DNA of 62,793 bases, filler included, from Asterionella formosa (Eukaryota): assembly GCA_002256025.1 (NCBI GenBank). It is 14 parts of 14 records of this genome, joined end to end, with 100 filler letters (N's around TTAATTAATTAA, not from the genome) between each part and the next. Parts side by side here need not be neighbours in the genome. Positions count along the whole stretch, not along the records: positions 22,572 to 45,042 come from NKIB01002727.1; positions 45,143 to 46,522 come from NKIB01002733.1; positions 46,623 to 48,001 come from NKIB01002734.1; 11 more parts are not named here. One strand, given 5' to 3'. Under the pieces are notes generated by a model. It searched no databases and was not told the DNA's origin. It saw only the letters and a program-made list of their open reading frames with translations. Of this stretch, positions 35,222 through 47,644 are shown in pieces. The first letter of the stretch is position 1, and every line of letters starts with the position of its first letter. Position numbers and translations under genes: made by a program.

Positions 35222-36803
35222 TTACGAAACTCGTCCAGTAGCAACAGCATTTTTTTCAGTCACAAAGTCGCGAATTGCAGCGAGGTTGGTGCAAAGATCA
35301 CTAACAATCCGACCTTCTACAAAAGAAACTGGAAGGTAGGCTCTTGGACTCACTTCAACAGCATATGTTAATCGCATAGCCTCCTTTCCATCTGGAGCAC
35401 ACCCCTATGCGAAGGAAAAGGAGTGGCCATTGGTAAGCATGGTAGTGATGAGGTCGATCGAACCAAACAGCTGATGTGATATCACTTACCGGCAACGGCT
35501 GCATGCGCCAGACTCCTTGATACATGCGGAATTCCCCGTTATCGTTCTCAATCGACTGCATCGAAATGTCTCTCGTGGGTAAACTTGACAGTGCAAACGG
35601 GCGAGGAAACTTGTAGCGCTCCAATTTGACACGTAAATTGTCCGAGACTCGAGCATCCCGTGATTTGCCTTCAAAAACTGGATCTTGAAAATGAGCAAAG
35701 TCTGGCATACCCAAGGGCCACTCTCGGACTTCCAGTGTCGTGCGAGCCGAAAAGTTAATCCCAACTACCTTGGCGCCGCCGACTTGACGTAGCATGGCGC
35801 CCTTTAGCATTTTGCTCATTGCTTCGCATTGTTCCGTATCTGATAGTGAAGCATCAAGAGTAAAATCAGCAATGGAGGGCGATCCTTCATACAGCTTCAA
35901 CACCTCATTGACAACAAGATTCGGTACCACCTTTTGTAGGTTGGCATAGTCTGTCAATACTTTCCATACAGTATCCACGCTAACGGGTATGTCGATGCCA
36001 GCGAAGATGCGTCTTGAATTCTCAGGTGCTTTTTCCAAACGCACCACGGCTTCACCAGGAACCAAGCACTGTGCTTCATCCAAATAGGGAGGCGCCATTT
36101 CTGATTGTTGGTAGTTTACATCATCGTAGGTGAGACTTGAAACATCCAATGGAATCTCGTCGTAAATATCTGCCATTACCTTTTGTGTTGCCGTTTCTTC
36201 CGCAGCCGCCACAGCCGTCGCTGCTCCCTCGGCTTGAGCAATGGCAGCTGCTTGGACAGCTTCAATCGCCTGAATGGCTTGCGCCTTCGCATCTTGCATG
36301 GAGATTCTGGCTCGTTTCAATGCTGTTTCCACGTCGGCTAAGGAGTCTTCCATTGGGGAAAAGGCTTCGTCAATAAGTTCAGTAATGGAAACCGCCAGCG
36401 TCCCATCCGCCTTGCTGTTGAGCCCGGGACCTCGTCGCGCCATAACTTCGTCGACAGCTAATTCGACAGCGCCTAGAGTGGCATCTTTAAGAACTTCCAA
36501 AATGGCGCGAGGCATTGGTGCAGCTGTGGAAATGGGTCGGAGGACGATGCTTTTGGCAAGGCGTGACACTCTGTCTCGAATACGTTGCTTTCGGCTTGTT
36601 TCCGAGATTCCTTCGTGGCCTGGTTCATCCTCTGAGGAAAAGAAACCATGGACAACCACCTTGTTGCGTTCAGTTGCAGAGCTTCTTCTGCTGACTTGAC
36701 CTCCAGCATATCCAACAGGCGCAAAGAATGCCGACAAACTCCTTCCAGCAAAAGCGGAATTGGTACAAATAGCGATCAGAACCAACGTGTCGAGTAGTCT
36801 CAT
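35222..36803 (-). CDS. Polyketide cyclase/START-like (SRPBCC) protein with signal peptide; intron 35405-35489
   Basis: RRIFAGIDIPVSVDTVWKVLTDYANLQKVVPNL and GEFRMYQGVWRMQP; spliced exon 2 LTYAVEVSPRAYLPVSFVEGRIVSDLCTNLAAIR; N-terminal SAF-type presequence. Confidence 0.85.
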
Positions 36804-37521
36804 TGTTTATTCGAGCGCTAGCAGTCTCGCTTGCTTCCAATCTCCCTGTGACTGTGAGGGCAAGCTAACTAACGATGTGTGCTATAACTGAAGAAGGGTG
36901 GCTTGAATGAACACCATGACAAAAATAACACTATGAGCGATAACGAGAGCGAAGGACGCAGCTGGTACCAGGTAGTTCAGCTGACGAAAACACGGGAAGT
37001 TGACACGACGCATAATGCATGATTCATATCATTGGATTTATTCATACGTAACTGCCTGTACGTAGTAATTATAACGGTATTGACCCATCCAAATGCATTC
37101 GACATACGTACATACCGACATACATAGACCATAGACCTATAAATAGCAATACCAGGGATTCTTTTTGAATGTTGACTACATGTCGTTGGGGCTACTGTTA
37201 CATAGAACACTTCAGTTCCAAAATTCAGAACCTGGTACTTGGTATGCTGACGACACTATGATTTGTGGACATACATACGTTTGCATATTCACCCCACGAC
37301 GAAATACTGTACATTGAAAATGATATCCTCAAAACCACAACATCACAATTGTCCTTTTGCTGATGCTTCGTTGTTCACACGATCATACAATATTGGTTTA
37401 TACTTTCTTGTTGCATTGATACTCTGCTCCAGGCGCTCTATCGGTTCTACCACAGAAGTACAATAGCGATAGCGATAGAGATAGAGAAATAAGAATCATT
37501 TGATACAGTCTACTTTATCTG

Positions 37522-38359
37522 ATGGCCAAAACAAAATACTACGCTGTCGCTGTCGGTCACCAACTGGGTATTTTCAACTCGTGGTGCGAGTGCGAGGCCC
37601 AAGTGAAGGGCTTCAAGGGAGCAAAGTTCAAAAGCTTTGCTTCTAAAGCGGAAGCTGAAAATTTTGTCGTGGCAAACAAGATTGATACAACAAAACAATC
37701 CAATCCTTCGTTATGCAAAAAATCACCACTTCCTAAACGAAGGAAGATAGAACCAACTCGTAAGATATTGATCGGAATTCATTTTGACGGCGGTTCACGC
37801 GGAAATCCGGGTTTATCTGGAGCTGGATCGGAAGTTGTGGTTACGGAGCAAACATTATCTGGCCACACCTTGAAACAGCAAAAAATACATGTTCGAAAAT
37901 ATCTAGGCCGAGCCACCAATAATGAGGCAGAGTATAATGGCGTATTGTGTGGCCTCTTGGAAGCTAAAAATGCTATATCTAATATTTCAAAAGGCGAGCA
38001 TAATTGGATTGCTTACATTGAAGTGAAAGGAGACTCGAACTTAATAATTCAACAACTAAGTGGCACCAATGAATGTCGAAGTCCCAACCTAGTGCCCCTT
38101 TACCATAAAGCAAATTCAACCTTGAGCAAAATCAGATCCCTCTTGCCACTACAAGTGTCTTTTGAACATGTGTATCGAAAAGATAACTGTGTTGCCGATG
38201 GTATGTACCAGCATTTTTTCCTATTAATGGTCAATACACATTTGCTCCAACTGACCCACACTGCTTCACTCAGGACTTGCAAATGATGCTATGGACTCAA
38301 AGCGAAGCTATACTACCATTATCGACCAGCCAACTGAGCAGAATACTGCGGATGTCTAA
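37522..38359 (+). CDS. RNASEH1: Ribonuclease H1: hybrid-binding domain plus archaeal-type RNase HI; intron 38201-38273
   Basis: KYYAVAVG..GIFNSW..C..QVKGF.GAKFKSF (HBD); FDGGSRGNPG, TNNEAEY, GDSNLII, HVYRKDNCVAD-G-LANDAMD after splicing. Confidence 0.9.
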
Positions 38360-38859
38360 ATCTCTGACAGTAGACTAGAGCTATCTACTTTTCTGAAGAA
38401 TAATAAGTGGTATAAAATATTGTGAGGACAAAGTGACCAATGAAGTGACTGAAGTACTTCGTGTTGATCATTTATGTGGGATTTCACAATATTCAATTCC
38501 TAGTCTTGAATATTATCGAAAGGTGAAAGAAAAGCCACAAATTCTGAAATCCGACATCAAAGGGGTGAACTGGTTTTGTAGTAATGGGGTCAACAACATA
38601 ATGGGGTGCTAGGGAGCCAGCATTGGGGAGACGAGGAGAGGAGAGGGGGCTAACAGTTGGCAAGATTGGTAGCAGTGGGCGACTACAGGTCTGGGGTGCT
38701 GCATGAAGAGGTTGGTTGCTCAGAATGCTTCTTTTTGTTCAGTGAGTGGTCAGACATAGCCAGTCTGAAAAGGAGGAGTTCACAATGGCAATTTTTTATT
38801 TCAAATTACTACAAGGACATGCTAGTATTCTGTGATACATAGTCCAGAAGCAGAGATGC

Positions 38860-39410
38860 AGTGATGCACAAAAAATCAAATCCATTTTTCTCCACCAATT
38901 TGCAGCCAATTTCTATCTGCTTGTTAAGTATTTGATTTACATGAGATCAATTTCGAAATTTTGAGTATCAATATGCTCAGAATGAATGTATATTGAGCAA
39001 ATTAGGCATCAGCATGTATACTATTTTTGGTGCTTGTGGACTGATGATCCATAATGCAGCCACAAAATATATCAAATCCATTTTCTCCAATTTGCAGCCA
39101 ATTTTTATTAAGTAAAGTATTCTATGTACAAGAGATCAATGTCTACATTTGGAGTACTGATGCTGAGAACAAATGCATATTGAGCAAATTACCTGTTAGC
39201 ATGTATGCTCTTTTTGGTGCTTGTGGACTAATGATCTGTAGCCACAAAAATTAAAAACATTTCTCTCCACCAATTTGCAGCCAATTTCTATCTACTACAG
39301 GATTCAATGTGCACAAAATCACTGTCTTCTTTTGGAGTGTCGATTCGCTCAGAATGAATGTGTATTGATAAAATTAGACATCAGCAAAAAGTTTTTGGAG
39401 TTGTGGACTG
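38860..39410. repeat. Three degenerate ~190-bp tandem units
   Basis: Recurring CCAATTTGCAGCCAATTT, GCT(C/G)AGAA..AATG.ATATTGA..AAATTA and TTTTTGG.G.TTGTGGACT blocks starting near 38890, 39080 and 39270. Confidence 0.8.
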
Positions 39411-40329
39411 GTGTGCAGAAAAAGTCCCTAATGCGTAAAAAATTGCGAAAACTAGAGATATTAGAGATGATAAGTACATTGAAGATGATCATCCTCAGTA
39501 CATGGCGGTTCTATGCTTTGTTTACCACATAGTACTTTTCATTGTACATTAAATGTAGCCAGTCCTAAAAGGACCTAAAAGGAAGAGCCCATAGTGACAT
39601 GTTTTGAATCACCATGCACTAGGACATACTATTGATCCTAAACCAATATTTCTATAGAAATGACAAGTGCTCCATGTGTTACATTTACCAATATTATGTG
39701 TTTACTTATCTATTGGGAGTGGGGCACATAGTTTTCAAATCTGTGGGGGGACCAGTATTGTTAGCAATATTTTAAAACATATATATTGTAGTCCCGAAAT
39801 TCTGTGAAGTTATTATTTTCTGGCAGGCCTTGGTAGTCTTCAACTGAGGACAGAAAATACCTCCCAAGGTATTGGCAAATATTTACGTGGTCACTATGAG
39901 GGACGTACAAGCTCAAAATTCTTCCGAGTAGAATTTCTACCTCGTTTAGGTAGTATATTCTACCAATCATGATAACTAGGTTAGGGTTAACAGTGACATT
40001 TTCAAGAAAATTCTTCCATCAAGGAAAAGGAGAGCGATACCGGTATATTATCTACCGATAATACCAGTACCGGTAGTCTAGTCTATAGTTACTTCACTGT
40101 TCATTATACTCGCTGCTATTCTATACAAGGCTCCATGGACGCAAGATTGACACACGAGGATGATGGTCTTTTGAATGGTAAGGAAAAGATGGAAACACAG
40201 TATGTACGCCCTGCTCGCTCACATCTGCTCCCATCGAGCACGACACAGCAACAATCCCGCAGATTCAGCAGCACATGGTGCATTAGTCATGTGGAAGCAT
40301 CGCCCTCCAAGCACTGCAAAATGCTGCCA

Positions 40330-41000
40330 CCAACCTAAGGTCGGTCGCTTCCATTGCATTGCAGGCTATGTACTGAATCGTTCACGCCGTGGACCAGCCG
40401 CCGCAAAACCTGGCTAATTCTGGGATTCAAGACGAGCTAAGGACGGATCCGTTTCTGGGAGTGGAAGTCAACCAAACAGAACGTGAGCCCGAAAGGATAG
40501 AGCCTGAACTCAAAGTGGTGCTGCGTGAATTCAACAGACTGCCACACTTTCTTGAGCATCATCTTGAGCCTTCATATACACCAAAACTATTTGAACTGTT
40601 TTACTCAGTCTGAAATTGTGACAACTTTTGGAAGAATCTGGTGCTCATGGGTGGTTCACTTGGAGCAGTTTTATTGGTCTTTGCTGCACTTAACAATGCT
40701 ATTTTTCTCCACTTCAAGATTGGCGATTGGAATCTTCTAGTATGGTATGTTGGTGTGCTGGGAATAATTAACTCGACAGAAAAGGCTATGCTCCCAGATC
40801 CAAAGATTCACCCCTGATACACTCACAACCTCTTTGCCAAGGTTGAAAACTGCCTTGCTTTTGCAGTTTGTAGTTCATATCCATTTCTATCCTGACATTT
40901 GGAATGGGTGTGGTTGGGGAAAAGTGTATATAACCATGTACCATGCAAAACTATTCGCTTGTCCATGAAGGTTTAGTGGTGATGGCATTCCTCCTGTTGT
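40330..41000 (+). pseudogene. ATG9-like pseudogene fragment
   Basis: Across frameshifts: LREFNRLPHFLEHHLEPSY, GGSLGAVLLVFAALN, IGDWNLL.YVGVLG..KAMLPDP, resembling ATG9 REFNELPH...GS..AVL..LWY motifs. Many stops. Confidence 0.5.
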
Positions 41001-41873
41001 ATTGGTTCCAATGGACATGACAGCACCATCTACAGGTGGAAATAGTGTAAATGTTGAGGGGCAAATTCAACAATTAACAAGCCGGACAACGATTTGCAGT
41101 TAGAGTTGGACCTCATTATGGTTCTGGCCTACAAGCAGCTGCGCGTATGTAGTCTCAGCAAGACTCCAAAGTCAGAAGGACTTTGTGAAGTTGGAATTGC
41201 AAAGAGAAAGGCAGCCAGGCTATTTACAAGGCTTGAAAGGGGGGGGGAATAAGTGTTTCCATTATTGGGTAAGTTACAGAGCAGATTACTGGTAGTTGTG
41301 GTTACAGTGCTCATAAAATGATCAACAGAATATATGTGGCATATTGTCAAGAACTTTCAGTGACCCACATTTTCAACAAAATGCTTATTGATTGATGCAC
41401 AGGTGGAAATCCACAACTATGTATTTAGTTAATTACTACAGTAACTATCATTCAGGTTATTACATTCTCATTTTTTCCATTTAATGTTATACATTTGATT
41501 TGCTTTACCAAAGTGTTAATATGTGTAGTTTTGTAGGAGTACTATATTATAGCTGACACATAATTAGTGATCACTGTACATGTACTGGTAAATATATTGC
41601 ATTGCACGAAGATACCCTGGTGTTGGTACCTGGTACCTGTTGTGAGTAAAGGTACCAGGGTACCTGCAAGTTGCGTTAATTTTGCTTTCTTGTGTCATTC
41701 CCCCACCAGACAGATGCGTTCCGACTTGGCAGGCTTTGAGAAATCTTAGTTTGAAACTTATAACGGGTGGCACCGCCAGCCGAAACAAGCAAAGACTATG
41801 CAAAATTCGATATTTTTAGATAATTCAGAAAAAACAGATTTGACGAATCGTCATTTCGGGTTAAAGTAATGAA

Positions 41874-41976
41874 GGACTATTTTAGTTTAAGCAAATGGGC
41901 TCTACTTTAAGCAGTTTAAGCAAAACTACCGGTGCGTTAAGCAATATTTTGCTTAAACTACCACTGGTAGAAGTCC
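41874..41976. mobile_element. Tiny (~100-bp) MITE-like inverted repeat with GG...CC ends
   Basis: TGAA|GGACTA..TAGTTTAAGCAAA ... TTTGCTTAAACTA(CCACTGGTA)GAAGTCC|TTAA, with internal TTAAGCA repeats. Confidence 0.5.
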
Positions 41977-42747
41977 TTAATTCATATTCTGGCTGCTAAC
42001 AAAACTATGTACCGGTAGACAAACATACCTACCGGTATACCGGTGAACCTTATTTCATATGTACCTACCGGTATAGCTGTCTGCATCACTAATAGAGAAG
42101 GAAAGTAATTTACCGGCTATGGTACCAGTATTGCAATTCGAGACATCGGCTTTCTATTCTGGTGTCCCTACATCATCGCAACTTCTAAGTTGTGGTATTT
42201 GTAACATTCTTGTTTACAGTGGTACATTTACCGCTTTAACTGGTGTTACTGCCGTGAACGCGTTTGATGGAAGCCTGTTCTTTGACAGCCATATCATTGT
42301 ATATTGCCAACACATTCTTCTCCATCATGCTGTGACCATCGTTTCTTTCCTCGTTTCGTTTTCTCTTGTTCTTCGTGTTTTGGATGGGTACATAGTGTTC
42401 CAATTCAGCAGGGTTGAAACTGTAAGTTGAAATACTTGCACCATCATTCTTTTGACCTCATGTTGACTCTTTCCACCCTGCCCAGACCATGTTTGTCATT
42501 TTCTTTCTGTTTATCAGGATTGAGCATAGAAGATTCCAAATGCTGTAAAACCGAATCATTTGGCATCCCATCCTCATCACCATGGTTGTTGACACACAAA
42601 AATGGCCTGAGAGTTTCATCAGTAGAGCTGGTGTCCAAACAATTGCTGTAGCCAGCTAAAAGTTCCACTAGCAATGGATTAATGAATGCCATTCCTAATA
42701 GTAATGAATGAATGAAATTTAGTATCATTATTTCTTGTATAGTACTA

Positions 42748-43383
42748 TCACTTCTTTCCTATCACCATTCTAGAAATACGGTTGTGGGCTTCTGTAAGGT
42801 CGTCTTCATCAGAAGCTTGACCTCTCCAATGATAATCAACTTCCACATTTAAAAGGGCGCTGTAAGAAAAGACTCCATGGTAAGTTCCCACGTCACTACA
42901 CATATTCTGGTTCGTTGAATTGAGTTTACTCACCTGCTCCAGACTGGCCGGATTATCCCAATCTTGTAAAATTACGCCAGCCATACTTGAACCACATGTA
43001 TTAGATGCATCAGTAAAAGCAGTACTAGTACCAGTAGTTTCATGTTGGACCCCCTGAACAAGAGGAGGAGGTGCTCTCGTGTTGCTGTTGTTGAATGGAC
43101 ATCGTGCATTCGTCCTTCTCAAATGATCGGTAAGTCCACAATGGTTGCATTTCTTGGTGGCAGGAGGTTGAACACTTCCGTCGGTATCCTCTTTGACTGC
43201 TATACATGATTCGTGAGTTCTTTTCTTGTCAGTCTTTTCTTGTTTAAAAATTTCAAATCTTGAACTATGGATTACTTCGATTTGTTTGCGTTTCCTTTTT
43301 GGGGTTTTCTTGTATTCCGCATCATTTCTTCGCTTTTTCTGCTGTTGACTCCAAAAGGTTTGTTGTTGGGTTGACATTGTCAT
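42748..43383 (-). pseudogene. Basic/zinc-knuckle C-terminal fragment of a putative Kolobok transposase
   Basis: KKTPKRKRK basic tract, CNHCGLTDHLRRTNARCPFN knuckle, and TNQNMCSDVGTYHGVF shared with the 19192-20252 MITE. No DDE core present. Confidence 0.5.
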
Positions 43384-43632
43384 TCCCTTCCTTTGCCGCC
43401 ATTTATAATCGAGGCAAGGAGACGAGTTCGGTTACCTGATCTCGTCATTGTCTTTTGTTTGAAATGTAGTAATGATGTCATAAATTAATGAGGATTTTAA
43501 TTGTTCATTACCTATGATTGCAATGTTTAAATATTCGAAATATTCATTGATAAGATGGAACATGATAGATATTTTCAAAAATGTAATGATGACTTGAAAT
43601 GTAAACTAATAAAATTAATAGATGACAAACAT

Positions 43633-44052
43633 TTATTTGCTACTTTGTTTAATCCTTTTAGACACTGGTTGATAACCAGTGTACTTTTCTTTAGGATCCT
43701 TATTCTTGAAAAGCGACCAAACCCCCTTCAGACAACAATCTGGAAGTTCCATGCGGATGCCTTTCCCAAGTGAACCACAGAGTGTCTTGACCAGAAACTT
43801 ATAAATAATGTTTCTTCCTTGACCTGGCGTGATAGCATCTTCATCAAGTCGAAGCTGAACCAAGTCCATTTCCGTGTAATGCTCAACTAACTCCTCCATC
43901 TCGTCCCATTGACATTGACACTCTGGGCATGCGAAGTCACAGCATTCGCAGAAGATGCGATTCCCACAGCCTGCTACTTCTGATTTGTCAATGACACGAT
44001 CAACACAAATAGGGCACGGAACATGATTATACGGAAGAGGATTGGCATTCAC
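43633..44052 (-). CDS. KolX-like protein (P2X7 C-terminal ballast-like, Cys-rich)
   Basis: Cys clusters followed by RNIIYKFLVKTLCGSLGKGIRMELPDCCLKGVWSLF...YTGY, matching the RxxxY...GxLGKGxRxxLPxC...YTG(F/Y) signature. Start codon uncertain. Confidence 0.75.
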   Translation of the reverse strand: MNANPLPYNHVPCPICVDRVIDKSEVAGCGNRIFCECCDFACPECQCQWDEMEELVEHYTEMDLVQLRLDEDAITPGQGRNIIYKFLVKTLCGSLGKGIRMELPDCCLKGVWSLFKNKDPKEKYTGYQPVSKRIKQSSK

Positions 44053-45142
44053 TAGCTAGTAGGGGCGATCCAACAGATCTCATGGTTGATTGTTGCATTG
44101 TTCGACGTTATTCTGTTGCTCAAATAAGCTCGAGGTGTATAACTAGAGTCTATACGTGTGTTCTGGTGGGGAGTATAATTATATCTAAATTGAGCAATGT
44201 GGATATAACATAAACGTCTTTATTCTTTTTGAAAAGGAACTCTGTCAATGTGGCGCCATTTTCTACTCAGTTTAAATATTCAAACAGGTACTTGCATCAT
44301 GGGAATACACAGAAACAAATTCTCTGTTCCTCGTCAATTTTACAACCCTAGCGATTTTTTCTTCAAACTAGGGTTACCCTGGGGCCGCAACCTCAAGCAA
44401 AATGACCGCAACTTGCAGATAGTGACAGAACAGGTCAATTTGTAAATTGTATCTTATGTTATCAAAGGGTAACCTGGGGAATGGCTTAGTGGTTATTAGC
44501 ATGCCTTTTTCGGTAGCGGATTCAATTCTTGCATTCTCCACCTATCATTTAGGGTTCTGGCATGTGTGGCTGACAAAATGACAGGTCCCATAGAACCAGT
44601 TTTAATTATTTCCATTCATACACGAATAACCAGTCCAATATCAATGCCTTCACATATATCAGCTCGAGGGAGAACATTGCGAATTCTGTGATATTAGAAA
44701 AAACACTGCTTTGTCTTTTGGCTTGCAGTGTTTGCATATGTTGTCCATTATACTGGACCCAGAAATCCTTGGACATCTTTTTCCTTGATTACTAGCTAAT
44801 GGTGACCTTGCATTTGTGGCAAACTCGTTTTGAAATGTTTTCCCCTATCATAGAAAAACTTGATTTGGCTGAAATTTTTTAGTGTGATCATACTAGTAAG
44901 CTCGTTGGATGCTGGGCTGGCTCAATCTATTTGAGTGAGTCAAATCTGAAGATAGTTTCAGCAAATCGAAAGTAGCTTCAGTACAACTACTGCCTAGATA
45001 GTATGATTCCATGAGAGTCAGAGACAATGATTTCTAAAATCANNNNNNNNNNNNNNNNNNNNNNNNNNNNNNNNNNNNNNNNNNNNTTAATTAATTAANN
45101 NNNNNNNNNNNNNNNNNNNNNNNNNNNNNNNNNNNNNNNNNN

Positions 45143-46522
45143 AGGCATATGATACGGTGCCCCACGAGGCGCTCTTTGCGAAACTATCCCGGTTTGGGAT
45201 TAGGGGACGTTGCCTTGCTTTTCTACGTGCCCTTTATCGCAGCAGTACAATCAGGGTACGAGTGGGGGGTGGCTTGACTGCCCTTTACTCGGCCCCCTGC
45301 AGACTGTTGCGAGGTGTGCGGCAGGGTTGCCCTCTTTCGCCTATACTGTTCAACATCTTCATTGATGACTTGGCAGTGGGGACGGAGGAGAGCGGTGCCC
45401 TGGTACCAACTGGGGACAGTCGCACATGGCGGAACTCCACACCCACACTGACAGTGGGATGTACCCTCTTTGCTGATGATGCGGCCGGAATCTGCCCCTC
45501 CCTGGAGGCGGCCAAACGGTTCTGTACGCACGTTACCAACTGGGTTACAGCTAACGAGATGAGTGTGGGCATAGGGAAGTGCGGGCTGATGGAATTCCTA
45601 CCGCCAGACCCAGGTTCGGCCACCGAACCGCTTGTCCCTGGACAAGATGTGGCTGGACTGGAACTGGAGGGACTTCCACTCCCTGTTGTGGACAGATATA
45701 TGTATCTGGGTGTCCTCATGACACCAGGTCTGTCTATCTCGTCTATGGTGGACCATAGAGTCAAGCAAGGGCGGGCCACAGTTGCCACCTTGGTACCGTT
45801 TCTACGGTGCCCGGTGGTACCAATGGCCATGCGTTTGCTGACTGTTGCAGGAGTAGTTGCCCCCCGCCTCCTTTTTGGGGCTGAGCTGTATGGTATGAAC
45901 CGTCACCTTACGGACAAAATGCAGGTTCTTCTGAACCGATGCCTTAGGGCTAGCATTGGAGCCAGGAGGGCAGGGGGTGTGCCATCAGTAGGCCTTTGGA
46001 AGGAGGCACGGATGTTGCCAATGTGTGCCTTGGCGGGTGCCCGACGGGCCAGAGCTTATGCCAAGGCCTCGGGTCTCAAAACCTGGCTTCAGGAATTGGT
46101 CCTAAGACCATTCCGAAGTCAGAAATGGACATGGTGCTCAGGGGGTCCGCGCTGGCTGAAACGCTATGCGCTCCCCCATGCACCGGTGTCTATTGTGGAG
46201 AGGTACTTGGGTGCTGGATGGCAGAGCCTGGAACCAAAGGTACTGGCTGAGGTAGTGAAAGCATGCATCTTGGAGAGAGAGTGTGGGATCCGACGGAACT
46301 TGACTCGTCCGTCGGGGGCCCGCACAGTGTGGTATGAGGGAGCCGGATTTGACAAGCATCCACTCACACGGTCACGTGTGGGGGGCAGTCCCAACGACCA
46401 AGCAGGACTGGCTTTGATAGTTCGGTGTCGGATTGGGGCATTTGTAACTGTCCCCACCTTGGTGGGGTGGAAGCGAATGCCTCATAGGTATTTGAGGAAG
46501 TGTCCATTTTGTGGTATGGATG
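45143..46522 (+). mobile_element. Non-LTR retrotransposon (LINE) reverse transcriptase fragment
   Basis: AYDTVPHEAL, GVRQGCPLSPILFNIFIDDL, LFADD, KCGLM, YMYLGV, start of the CPFC zinc finger. Open frame across the whole contig; GC-rich. Confidence 0.93.
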
Positions 46523-47576
46523 NNNNNNNNNNNNNNNNNNNNNNNNNNNNNNNNNNNNNNNNNNNNTTAATTAATTAANNNNNNNNNNNNNNNNNNNNNN
46601 NNNNNNNNNNNNNNNNNNNNNNGCAACTATGGAGGTTCCGGTGGAAAGGAGTAGGAGGGAACGCAAAAGCATCATGGTAATGACAATGGTAGGCTAGTGG
46701 GTTCCACTTGATTCCCAGTGGAGGAATAAAAATGTGCAGGATGGTCTTTCTTAATGTGTTGTCCATTTATCATGATACATCATTAATGTAATACCGGTAG
46801 TTGGTCGGGGCACTTAAAAATTACATATAGAGGCGAAGGAACTGGTACACATTTAGCTAGTTGATTTCTTCGTTGAACGTGGACCGGTGTTCTATGCAAT
46901 GTGGTACTCGTTGAACATTATCCCTTCAACATGTATCATATCTACATGCCTTCTCGTTCGATTGTACCAGGTACCTGGCACAAGGGATGGTGATTACTCG
47001 TCCAAGCGAAGTTCGTTTGGGTTGTTTCTCACACTTTTTTTTTCTTCCCTCCTGGGCACAACAACTACCCCAAATCTCCCATTGAAATACCTTAAATAAC
47101 CATACATAATTGAATGCCAAACTGAATGAGCGACTTGTGGGTTTGGACTCACCATCAGTATGCACTCTTAAAGGGTCATACAGTTATGGATATTTTTATC
47201 GACAAAGAGGGACATTTAGGCCCGAATCCTCGCGATCTATTATTTGCTTTGTTGTACATGAATACATCGGTAGTATACCATATCAAAGATAGGTTATATA
47301 TATTGTTTAATCGTGAACTTTCTTTTTTCAATTCATTCTGTTTGGGAAAACCAGCGATTCGGCACGGGCCCATGATACATTGATTTCGGTACTCGTAGAA
47401 CCACTTTCCTTTTCTACAAAAGGTCATCAAAGCCCCTCTCCGTTCATATACCAGGTACCAGGTACCCTGGTAACAATAACTGATGGGGAACCTAGATGAT
47501 GTACAGGTAATGATTTTTTATGATATTATCTGAGTAGGGGGGTTTTAATTTATCGGTTACCGGTATTATGGGAAAG

Positions 47577-47644
47577 GTAGCACTGTAACATACTACCGGT
47601 AGTACACAATTTATGTAGCACTGTAACATACTAGTACACAATTT
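47577..47644. repeat. Two-copy 30-bp tandem repeat, one copy carrying a CCGGTA insertion
   Basis: GTAGCACTGTAACATACTA[CCGGTA]GTACACAATTT followed by GTAGCACTGTAACATACTAGTACACAATTT. Confidence 0.92.

Larger units (their letters stand above)
42748..44392 (-). mobile_element. Deleted Kolobok-type DNA transposon (5' terminus, KolX-like gene, transposase-like C-terminal remnant)
   Basis: Terminus GGTTGCGGCCCCAGGGTAACCCTAG (minus strand from 44392, flank TTGA close to TTAA) is shared with 21844. Contains a KolX-like ORF and a zinc-knuckle ORF. The other terminus was not identified. Confidence 0.7.

Noticed and set aside
39975..39992. TTAGGG/AACCCTA words as telomere repeats (also 20231, 21862, 44344)
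   Set aside because: Only one or two units each, and most lie inside transposon termini; there is no array.
47577..47644. CRISPR-like repeats (also 1437-1513, 52745-52818)
   Set aside because: Two-copy tandem duplications with no spacers or cas genes, in a eukaryotic context.
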